Source: Spirochaetia bacterium (GTDB lineage Bacteria; Spirochaetota; Spirochaetia; DAHUYW01). Taken from it: DNA of 64,000 nt. A program made the position numbers and the translations under genes. Shown one piece after another: positions 50,954 to 58,844 of the stretch (the first letter of the stretch is position 1; each line of letters begins with the position of its first letter). The notes under the pieces are model-generated. The model was not told the origin of the DNA. It made no database searches and was given only the letters and a program-made list of their open reading frames with translations. Location of the stretch: contig JASHNV010000110.1 in the NCBI GenBank assembly GCA_030041455.1, positions 5,724-69,723 of the forward strand, written 5' to 3'.

Positions 50954-52621
50954 CTACCTCGGGAGCCTTCCCCCGTTCTCAAGCATCCGGAAGAACTCCT
51001 CGGCTCGAACGGCCGGGGAATAATAGTAGCCTTGGAAACCGTCGCAGCCCATCTCGCGAATGCGCGCGACCTGCTCGGCCGACGTGATCCCCTCCACGAT
51101 GACCTTGCGGTTGCGGCTCTTCACGAGGTTGATGATCTTCCCGAGGAAGCTCAGATCCTCGGCGCTTTCGAGCAGGTCCCGCGCGAAGATTCGGTCGATC
51201 TTGAACGCGTCGACCGGCAGGTTCTTCAGATAGCTTAAGGACGATTGGCCCGTGCCGAAATCGTCGATGTACACCTCGATCCCGAGATCGCGGATGACGC
51301 CGATTCGCTCGGTCGCCTTCTCGGGCCTCGTCATGTACTCCGATTCCGTGATCTCGATCTTCAGCGCCGAGGCGGCTAGGCCGTCGGCCTGCGCGAGCGC
51401 CTTGCGGAGCACGTCGACGAGATCGGCGCTCTCGAACTCGCGGGCGGTGAGATTCACCGAAACGTAGATCGGATAGGTCCTGATCCACTCGGCCGCCTGG
51501 TGCGCCGAGGTGAAGATCGCCCACCGGTCGATGAGCTCCATGATCCTCGTCTCGGTCGCGAGCGGAATGAAATCGGACGGCGTGAGGAGCCGGCCGTCGG
51601 GGGTGTTCCACCTGATGAGCGCCTCGGCGCCCTCGATGATTCCGGCAAGATCGACGATCGGCTGGTAGTAGAGCTCGAACTGACCGAGCTCGAAGGCGCG
51701 CCTGAGGTCTGACTCCATCTTCAGGCGGTTGACCGACTCCTGGTGGGTCGCCGCGTCGAACAGCAGGAACTGCTTGTTCTCCCGAATGGCCTGGTTCAGC
51801 GCCGAGAGCGCGTTCTTGATGAGGCTCTCGCGGTCCTCGCAGTCGTCCGGATAGATCGAGGCCCCCACCTTGCAGTCGAGCGCGATGTCGAGCTCTTTGT
51901 AGCGGTAGGGCGTCATCGCCGACTCGACGAGCTTCGAGGCGACCTTGCCGACGTCGACGGTTTTCGTGAGGAGGGAGAGGATCGCCACGAGCTCGCTGCC
52001 CTCGTAGCGGAAGACGTAGTCGCTGTTGCGCAGCGCCTCCTTCATGCGCAGGCCGGTGTTCTCGAGGAGCACGCTCCCGATGCTGTGGCCGTAGGTGCGG
52101 TTGATCGCCGAGAGATTCACGATCTCCATGAAGAGGACCGCGCGCTTTCGCTCCTGCCTCGCCCGCTTCGCCTTCTCGAGCTCCGAGTCCAGGATGATCT
52201 CGAGGGAACGCCGGTTGTACAGCCCCGTGAGGGGATCCCGGTACTCGTAGTTGATGAGCTTGGACTCGATCTCTCCGAGCTTCGTGATGTCGTGGGAGAA
52301 GACGAGGGCGTGGGTGATCTGCGTCCCCTCGCCGTAGGGGTAGTAGGAGACGTGCATGTAGCGCTGCTGGATTCCGAACTTGAACTGCTCGACGTAGTGA
52401 ACGTTCTCGCCGCGGAAGCAGCGGTCGAGGAATCCCTTCAGCCTCGAGTCGAAGGTTTCCTTGCCCCAGACGTCGGACACGCTCTTGTTGAGCACCTCGT
52501 TTCGGTCGAGCCCGATCGTCGTGCAGTAGGTGTCGTTCACGATCTCATAGATGTAGTCGCGATTGATGAGCGTTATGAAGTCGTTCGCTTTATTGACGAT
52601 ATACTCGTACTTGTCGGACAT
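50954..52621 (-). CDS. PAS-GGDEF(degenerate)-EAL cyclic-di-GMP phosphodiesterase-type signalling protein
   Basis: N-terminal PAS domain. The GGDEF domain has RYEGSEL in place of RYGGDEF. The EAL domain is intact (EALIRW, DDFGTG, KIDR). Start at MSDKYEY (AGGA upstream); a GTG extension to 52684 lacks an SD. The 5' half is lower in GC. Confidence 0.8.
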   Translation of the reverse strand: MSDKYEYIVNKANDFITLINRDYIYEIVNDTYCTTIGLDRNEVLNKSVSDVWGKETFDSRLKGFLDRCFRGENVHYVEQFKFGIQQRYMHVSYYPYGEGTQITHALVFSHDITKLGEIESKLINYEYRDPLTGLYNRRSLEIILDSELEKAKRARQERKRAVLFMEIVNLSAINRTYGHSIGSVLLENTGLRMKEALRNSDYVFRYEGSELVAILSLLTKTVDVGKVASKLVESAMTPYRYKELDIALDCKVGASIYPDDCEDRESLIKNALSALNQAIRENKQFLLFDAATHQESVNRLKMESDLRRAFELGQFELYYQPIVDLAGIIEGAEALIRWNTPDGRLLTPSDFIPLATETRIMELIDRWAIFTSAHQAAEWIRTYPIYVSVNLTAREFESADLVDVLRKALAQADGLAASALKIEITESEYMTRPEKATERIGVIRDLGIEVYIDDFGTGQSSLSYLKNLPVDAFKIDRIFARDLLESAEDLSFLGKIINLVKSRNRKVIVEGITSAEQVARIREMGCDGFQGYYYSPAVRAEEFFRMLENGGRLPR

Positions 52622-54119
52622 TTTCCTGCGCTCCCGGGAATCATAGATGATAATCGCCGCCTTGAACACCCTGGCGAACGACACGCCGGCGCCAGCGGCG
52701 CGATTCTCCGCGATTCGACCGCAGGACAGGTATTCGACGTACGTTCCTCACCGTTCGGATCCGATATCGGGCTACAGGTCCGGTTGCGCTGTCGAAAGCC
52801 TGTGCTAGTACAGGGAAAAAACGCAAGACTTTTCTCCGAAGGTCGGATCGTTCCGGCTCAAAAACGGCGAGAGACGGCCTCCACGACCGAGCCGGCAGCG
52901 GAAATGGCGAGAAGAGCTCGAAGATCCTTTCGGTCCCTGCTGCCGTGTCGTCGCGGTCCTCCGGGGAGAACGCCAGGCTCTCGATCGTGTGCGAGCCACG
53001 GCATTCCGCGGTTCTGATCTCCGAGGGCCCGAACAGGAGCGCACGAAATACCGGAACCGCGGCCCCCGATTCCCGCCGCTATTCTTCAGCCAAACCGCCG
53101 CCACGTACCGAAGGTTTTGAACCGCTCATGCCCTTACTCCAGCCGCGGTCGGAACGTGGAGGCCGCGAGGATGGAAGGATGCTGAGCTCGGTAGACGCGG
53201 ACGGATGAGGTACGGGGAACATGAGAGAGAGAGAACGTACGGCGCCGGAGCAGGGCGTGAGCCTGCGGGAGTTCTCCGAGGTCAAGGACAACCGGCCACG
53301 ATGCGCACAGATATCGAGGATCTAGGATCTCGAGAAAAACCTCCCCCCTCCGCCGCCCTCGCACACGCGTCGAACAACGGCCCGTCCGGGTCGGCGACGA
53401 GCTGAAACGGATATCTGGACTTCCCCTGCGTCAAGCGGTCTTTCTCAATCGATCGGCACACGAGGCGACTCGACGACCCTTTCGTCGGGCATGCCCTCCG
53501 CCGCGGTGTCGCCAGCCTCGACGTATCTCGCGCGTGGCGCCTCCCTGAGATCGGCGGGGGACCCCGGCAGACGGAAAACTCGCTCCACGCCGTTCGAGAC
53601 GTGTCCGACGAAGATCCCCGCCAGCGCGCGCCGGACCCGGTCCGCGCATGCTCGCGAGCCTCCGCGATGCTCTCATCCGCCGAACCCGATTCCGCTACCT
53701 CCCTCGCCCAAGGTATTTCAGCGGAGACCCCGAGTCGACCCTCCTGCAGTTCGGCGTTTGACCGTCCCCTCCTTCTCGCCTGCGAGGTCTGCAATCATAC
53801 CCGCGACCTTCCCCAGACACCCCGAACAGACCAACCTGCCCGCCGAGCCATGGGCGTTCCTGCTTCACCCCGCGACTCCCGCATCGTGACGTGCATGAGT
53901 CCCGCCGGCGCGGCGAGACTCGCCCCGGCGGGCCGTCGGGACGAGGTCCCGTGCGCCACGCTTCCGGCCGACGCGGAGACCGCGTCCGAGCGTGTGGAGG
54001 GCCCTCTTTTCCGTGGAATCGGCCGAAGCGCTCCTCCTCGCATCCGTCCGCGCCCGACTCGATCCTGGATCCCCGGACCGGATGACGTTCCACGGTCGCC
54101 TCGGCGCCCTCCCCCGCGT

Positions 54120-54195
54120 TTTTTAATCAAGATTATAAAAATTAATTCCCATTAACTCTTGACAGAACCGTACCATTCTGGTCCGATATAGCATC
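54120..54195 (+). promoter_or_regulatory. Promoter-like element upstream of the uORF/porin unit
   Basis: A ~40-nt AT-rich block (ttttttaatcaagattataaaaattaattcccattaac), very unusual here, is followed by TTGACA (54159-54164) and GATATAGC (54185-54192). The latter resembles the recurrent TAGTAT/GGCG -10 motif seen elsewhere in the window. Confidence 0.3.
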
Positions 54196-54270
54196 GCATC
54201 GCGCGGGCCTCATGGCGGTCTCGCGACATCCAGGATCCAAGGGAGGTCATCATGACTGTTTCAGCACGAG

Positions 54271-54522
54271 GTGAACGACCCGACGACGTCGGGCTCACGA
54301 GGCCGGTCTCGCAGGCCGGCAGGCACCGGACCCGGGGCGCGCGCGCTCCCCGGCCGCGGCGGAGCGTACTGGCTCCTCGAAGCCGGGCGGGTCGATCCCG
54401 TCTCGATCGTCGAGGGGCTCCCGCCGATCCTCGACGCCGCCTGCTCCGCTGGGCGGGCTCGCAAGCTCGACGGAAAACCGGGGACGAGCGACCAGGTCGG
54501 TCGCTTGGCGGACACGCCATGA
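54271..54522 (+). CDS. Putative small upstream ORF translationally coupled to the porin gene
   Basis: The +1 frame relative to the porin shows strong GC3 bias across 54271-54522. Its stop overlaps the porin ATG in an ATGA arrangement. The only canonical start is GTG at 54271, which lies 25 nt from the GGGAGG SD. Very tentative. Confidence 0.2.
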   Translation: MNDPTTSGSRGRSRRPAGTGPGARALPGRGGAYWLLEAGRVDPVSIVEGLPPILDAACSAGRARKLDGKPGTSDQVGRLADTP

Positions 54523-55976
54523 AGCAGCTCCTTCACGCGCGATGGATCATCGCCTGGACGGTTCTTTGGACGGGGGCGGGAACCGCCTTCTGCGCGCCGC
54601 TCCCGACGTCCACTCCGGTCGATTCCGCCACGCTCGCAAGCCCTTCCGAGGGGGTTTTCGGCTTCATGGGCGGCATCACGCACAGCAGCTATCTTTTCGG
54701 CGACCTCTGGGGACTACGGCCTTGGCTGAACCACTACGGCATCTCGCTGAGCATCCAGGAGACTAGCGAAGTGCTCGGAAACGCCACCGGCGGGCTGCAG
54801 CAGGGCGCCGACTACGAGGGGCTCACGACCGGGGACCTGCAGCTCGACACGGGGGGCGCCTTCGGCCTGCCGGGCGGCACGCTGAACGTGAGCGGCCTCT
54901 TCATCCATGGGACCAACTTAAGCGCGCAGAATCTCGACGATTTGCAGACGGCAAGCGGGATCGAAGCCGACGACGGCGTCCGCGTTTGGGAAGTATGGTA
55001 TGATCAGAAGTTCTACGACTCCTACGGGACAAGCCCCGTCGATATCAAGATCGGACAGGAGAGCCTGGACCAGGAGTTCATGATCAGCACCAACGCGCTG
55101 TATTTCGTGAATACCATGTTCGGTTGGCCCATGGTGCCCTCGGCGGACCTTCCCGGGGGCGGGCCCGCCTATCCCCTTTCGGCCTTGGGCGCGCGCCTCC
55201 AATGGAAGCCGGCGAACGCGCTGAAGATTCTCGCGGGAGTGTTCAACGGCAGCCCGGCTCCCACCTCGGGCGACGACCCGCAACAGGCGGACGAATACGG
55301 CCTGAGCTTCCCGCTCAACGGCGGCCTCCTCGCCATCGCCGAATTGCAGTTTACGTATCCGGCGCTGGGCGACCTCGCGGTGAGCTCGACTCCCCTTTCG
55401 GGCACCTACCGCCTTGGGTTTTGGTACGACTCGGAGAACTTCGCCGACGAGCGCTATGACGACGAGGGGCTGTCCCTGGCCAATCCGACGAGCGACGGGA
55501 ACCCGCAGCTTCACCCGGGAGACTATTCCGTGTACGGCGTCGTGGACCAGAAGCTCTGGATCAGCAAGAAGGATACCAACCGGAGCTTGAGCTTTTTCGC
55601 GCGCGCCATGTGGGCGCCCGAGGACCGGAACCTCATCGACTTCAGCGCGAACGCGGGTTTCGTCCTCAAAGACCCCTTCGCCTACCGCACGGACGACATC
55701 CTCGGTATCGGGATGGGCTACGCCCACGTCAGCTCCGCGGTGGCGGGTCTGGCCGCGGACACCGCCCTCTATAACCCCGGCACGTTCAGCCCCCAGCCCT
55801 CGGGGGAAACCATGATCGAGGCGACCTATCAGCTGTTCGTCTTCCCGTGGTTCACCCTGCAACCTGACGCGCAATACGTCTTCAACCCCGGCGGCGGCAT
55901 CGCGAATCCCGACGCCCCGGGACAGCTCCTCGGCGACGAGCTCGTGCTCGGGATACGCGGCACCATCGTGTTTTGA
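54519..55976 (+). CDS. Carbohydrate-selective porin, OprB family (outer-membrane beta-barrel)
   Basis: Signal peptide MKQLLHARWIIAWTVLWTGAGTAFC. Beta-strand-rich body with OprB-like blocks (VWEVWYDQKF…, alternating aromatics, C-terminal …GIRGTIVF). The in-frame ATG at 54252 carries a perfect SD, but the intervening frame shows poor GC3. Confidence 0.5.
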   Translation: MKQLLHARWIIAWTVLWTGAGTAFCAPLPTSTPVDSATLASPSEGVFGFMGGITHSSYLFGDLWGLRPWLNHYGISLSIQETSEVLGNATGGLQQGADYEGLTTGDLQLDTGGAFGLPGGTLNVSGLFIHGTNLSAQNLDDLQTASGIEADDGVRVWEVWYDQKFYDSYGTSPVDIKIGQESLDQEFMISTNALYFVNTMFGWPMVPSADLPGGGPAYPLSALGARLQWKPANALKILAGVFNGSPAPTSGDDPQQADEYGLSFPLNGGLLAIAELQFTYPALGDLAVSSTPLSGTYRLGFWYDSENFADERYDDEGLSLANPTSDGNPQLHPGDYSVYGVVDQKLWISKKDTNRSLSFFARAMWAPEDRNLIDFSANAGFVLKDPFAYRTDDILGIGMGYAHVSSAVAGLAADTALYNPGTFSPQPSGETMIEATYQLFVFPWFTLQPDAQYVFNPGGGIANPDAPGQLLGDELVLGIRGTIVF

Positions 55977-56015
55977 TGTCTTTGTTGAGCAAGGAAGAGA
56001 GAAGAGGACAAGAAC

Positions 56016-57212
56016 ATGAATAGACGGCATACTATCAGGAACAAGAAAAGCGTAAGGAACGGAAACATGCAACTCGCGCGATTCGCCGCATCGATTCTTT
56101 TGACCGGAGCTTTGCTCGTCGCGCCCGGCTTCGCGGGCCCGGCCGGCGGAGGATTCTTGGAGACGATCCACCATTACGTGAGCGTCGCGTCCACCATTCC
56201 GGACAACGGGGACGTCAATCCCTACGCCGTCGTCGTCGCGCCGGTTTCGGCGGGCGCGATACGCCGGGGGGACGTCTTGGTGGACAACTTCAACGGCATG
56301 TCGAACCTTCAGGGAACCGGCACCACCATCATGGACTACCGCCCTTCCACGAAGGAGGTGAACGTCTTCGCGGTCCTTCCCAGGAGGATCCCGCAATGCC
56401 CGGTCGGCGTCGGCCTTACGACCGCGATGACCATGCTGAAGAGCGGTTGGGTCATCGTAGGCAGCGCGCCGAGCACCGACGGAACGACCAAGACCCTAGG
56501 AGCCGGATGTCTCTTCGTGCTCGATCCCAACGGGCGCCTGGTGTCGGTTTGGACCGGGCCGACCATCGACGCCCCCTGGGGCAATATGGCGGTCATCGAT
56601 AACGGCGACTCGGCGTACCTGTTCATCAGCATGGCGGGATTCGACGTGCCGGGACCCGACGTGGTCGATCCCAAGACCGGCTATCCGCCGATCCTCCACA
56701 AAGCCACCGTGCTTCGCCTCAAGCTCTCCATCCCCGCCGGACAGCCGCCTGAGGTGGTGGACCAGACCGTCATCGGGAGCGGCTTCGCCCAGCGCGCCGA
56801 CAAGGACAGCTTTCTCGTCGGCCCGACCGGCTTGGTGCTTTCTCCCGACGGGCAGACGCTCTACGTGACCGACAGCGCGGCCAACCAGATCGTCGCGATT
56901 TCGGATCCCGCCACCCGCGACGACAGTGCCGGCATCGGGCGCGTCGTGACCCACGGCGGGCTCTTGGCCGGACCCTTGGCGATGACCATGACCCCCGAGG
57001 GCCACTTGCTCGTGTGCAACGGCAAGGACGGCAGAGCGGTGGAGGTGGATCCTGAAACCGGCGCGCAGCTCGCCGCGAAATGGATCGATCCGGACGAGGC
57101 CCAGTCCCCTCCGGGAAACGGCGATCTCTTCGGCTTGGCGCTGTCCGAGGACGGCAAGAGGCTCTACTACGTCCAGGACGATACCAACACGCTCATGGAA
57201 GCAGTCCCGTGA
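56016..57212 (+). CDS. Secreted NHL-repeat / beta-propeller protein
   Basis: Signal peptide (h-region LARFAASILLTGALLVAPGFA). Repeated YVTDSAANQIVAI / LYYVQDDTNTL-type beta-propeller blades. An alternative ATG at 56067 also has an SD. Confidence 0.55.
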   Translation: MNRRHTIRNKKSVRNGNMQLARFAASILLTGALLVAPGFAGPAGGGFLETIHHYVSVASTIPDNGDVNPYAVVVAPVSAGAIRRGDVLVDNFNGMSNLQGTGTTIMDYRPSTKEVNVFAVLPRRIPQCPVGVGLTTAMTMLKSGWVIVGSAPSTDGTTKTLGAGCLFVLDPNGRLVSVWTGPTIDAPWGNMAVIDNGDSAYLFISMAGFDVPGPDVVDPKTGYPPILHKATVLRLKLSIPAGQPPEVVDQTVIGSGFAQRADKDSFLVGPTGLVLSPDGQTLYVTDSAANQIVAISDPATRDDSAGIGRVVTHGGLLAGPLAMTMTPEGHLLVCNGKDGRAVEVDPETGAQLAAKWIDPDEAQSPPGNGDLFGLALSEDGKRLYYVQDDTNTLMEAVP

Positions 57213-58558
57213 GCGCCGCCGAGTCCGTTCTGAATCCGTTTTCGCGAGCCCGGCCGCGCCGCTTCGCGCGGTCCTGGGCGCTCGCGGCGTGCCTCGCGCT
57301 CCTCGCGGCGCGAGGCTACGCTCAAGACTCCTACGGCTACCAGCCGCAGGCGCCGGATGCGGCGGCTTTGGGCTCGGGAGCCTCGCTTCCGGACCCCGCC
57401 CCCGCTCCGGCCTCGGAGGTCGAGCCGTTCTACGGCCCGCATCAGGGCGGTATCCTTACGCGCGCGCAGGGCTTCACCTGTTTCGCGGTTTTCGACCTCA
57501 CGACGGCGAAGCGTGAGGACGTGGAGGCGCTCCTAAAAGCCTGGACGAAGGCCGCCGCCCGGATGGCCGTCGGTCTGCCCGCGGTGCCCTTGGCGCTGGA
57601 TCCGCAGCAATCCGCGGGAGACTCAGGCGACGCGCTCGGCGTCTCTCCCGGACACCTCACGATCACCTTCGGCTTCGGCGCCGGGCTGTTCGTCAAGGAC
57701 GGGAAGGACCGCTACGGCTTGGCGTCGCGCCGCCCGAAAGCGCTCGTCGATTTGCCGCGGTTTCCGGGCGACGAGTTGGTCGCGCAGCGCACCGGAGGGG
57801 ATCTTTCGGTACAAGCCTGCTCGGACGATCCGCAAGTGGCGCTCCATGCCGTGCGCGAGCTTGCGCGGCTCGCCGGCCGAACCGCGAGCGTGCGCTGGGA
57901 GCAGAACGGCTTCATACCCCAAACCCCCGCCGGGCAAACTCCCCGGAATCTCATGGGTTTCGAGGACGGCACCATGAACCCCTCGACCGGGGACCCGACG
58001 GCAATGGCGAAATATGTGTGGGTCGGCGCGGAGGGACCGGATTGGATGCGCGACGGCACCTACCTCGTGGTCCGGCCCATCCGAATCGCCCTCGAGCACT
58101 GGGACAAGATGAAATTGGCCTTCCAGGAACAGACCGTGGGGAGGTACAAGTACTCGGGGGCTCCGCTGACCGGAACGAACGAGCGCGACCCGCTGGACCT
58201 CGCGGCGAAGGACGCGAACGGCGACCCCGTCATTCCGGAAGATTCCCACGTCAGGCTCGCCGCCCCCGAGGAGAACCACGGAGACCAGATCCTCAGGCGC
58301 CCCTACTCCTACGACAACAACCTGCGCTTCACCGCCGAGCGGTGGCCGCCCTGGCGCCAGGGGATGGAGGTGGACGCGGGGCTCCTGTTCATCTGCTATC
58401 AAAGGGACCCGCGCACGGGGTTCATCCCCATTTTCAACCGCATATCGCGCTTCGACATGATGAATCAGTTCGTGACCCACGTCGGGAGCGGCGTCTTCGC
58501 CTGTCCGCCGGGACCGAAGCCCGGCAGGTACGTCGGGGAAGATCTCTTCGAGAACTAG
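57209..58558 (+). CDS. efeB: Tat-exported DyP-type peroxidase / deferrochelatase
   Basis: Twin-arginine signal SRARPRRFARSWALAACLALLAARGYAQ, with EPFYGPHQGGILT and C-terminal DyP blocks (LLFICYQRD…). GTG start overlaps the stop of the NHL gene in a GTGA arrangement. A longer in-frame ATG at 57080 would give an implausibly long n-region. Confidence 0.75.
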   Translation: MSAAESVLNPFSRARPRRFARSWALAACLALLAARGYAQDSYGYQPQAPDAAALGSGASLPDPAPAPASEVEPFYGPHQGGILTRAQGFTCFAVFDLTTAKREDVEALLKAWTKAAARMAVGLPAVPLALDPQQSAGDSGDALGVSPGHLTITFGFGAGLFVKDGKDRYGLASRRPKALVDLPRFPGDELVAQRTGGDLSVQACSDDPQVALHAVRELARLAGRTASVRWEQNGFIPQTPAGQTPRNLMGFEDGTMNPSTGDPTAMAKYVWVGAEGPDWMRDGTYLVVRPIRIALEHWDKMKLAFQEQTVGRYKYSGAPLTGTNERDPLDLAAKDANGDPVIPEDSHVRLAAPEENHGDQILRRPYSYDNNLRFTAERWPPWRQGMEVDAGLLFICYQRDPRTGFIPIFNRISRFDMMNQFVTHVGSGVFACPPGPKPGRYVGEDLFEN

Positions 58559-58613
58559 CGCGCCGACGCCGCGACGGAACTCTCTTCGGGCGTCCCGCCG
58601 CCACCGACGGTGC

Positions 58614-58656
58614 CGCCCGAGCGTCCCGTCCGGACCGCGCGCTATTCGCGCGACCG
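58614..58656 (+). terminator. Long imperfect inverted repeat downstream of efeB
   Basis: gtcccgtccggaccgcgcg-ctattc-gcgcgaccggacggggac, with an ~18-bp stem and 1-2 mismatches, 56 nt after the efeB stop. Confidence 0.35.
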
Positions 58657-58844
58657 GACGGGGACGCCAAGGGCCCGGGCAGCCCTCGGCCTTTAGATAC
58701 GAGGGCGTCGCGCGGGTTGACGCTCAGGCGGCTCAGGCGCTACCTTAGGGCTCGTGAGAACGCTTGGATCCAGCGCGACCGAGACGTTGAACGCTTCCCG
58801 CCTTTCCTGCTTTCGCTTCGTCGGTTCCGCGCGAAGAAGGGCCT

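Noticed and set aside
53282-54155. ORFs of 130-184 aa inside the 1.6 kb gap (53282-53794 minus, 53491-53889 plus, 53601-54155 plus)
   Set aside because: No SD, no recognisable domains, low-complexity Arg/Pro/Ser composition. Treated as non-coding or decayed; one frame retains weak GC3 bias.
54252-54518. In-frame 89-codon N-terminal extension of the porin starting at a perfect SD+ATG
   Set aside because: The extension would precede the signal peptide and has poor GC3. It is kept as a finding about ambiguous initiation, not as part of the CDS.
57209-58558. EfeB (DyP peroxidase) as encapsulin cargo
   Set aside because: DyP peroxidases can be encapsulin cargo. This one has a clear twin-arginine export signal and no adjacent encapsulin shell gene. 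Its C-terminus does not resemble a cargo-loading peptide.
58559-58844. Possible riboswitch in the 287-bp spacer before the ECF transporter
   Set aside because: The likely 5' leader after the promoter-like hexamers is only ~100 nt with no recognisable conserved riboswitch core. Most of the spacer is explained by the efeB terminator inverted repeat.
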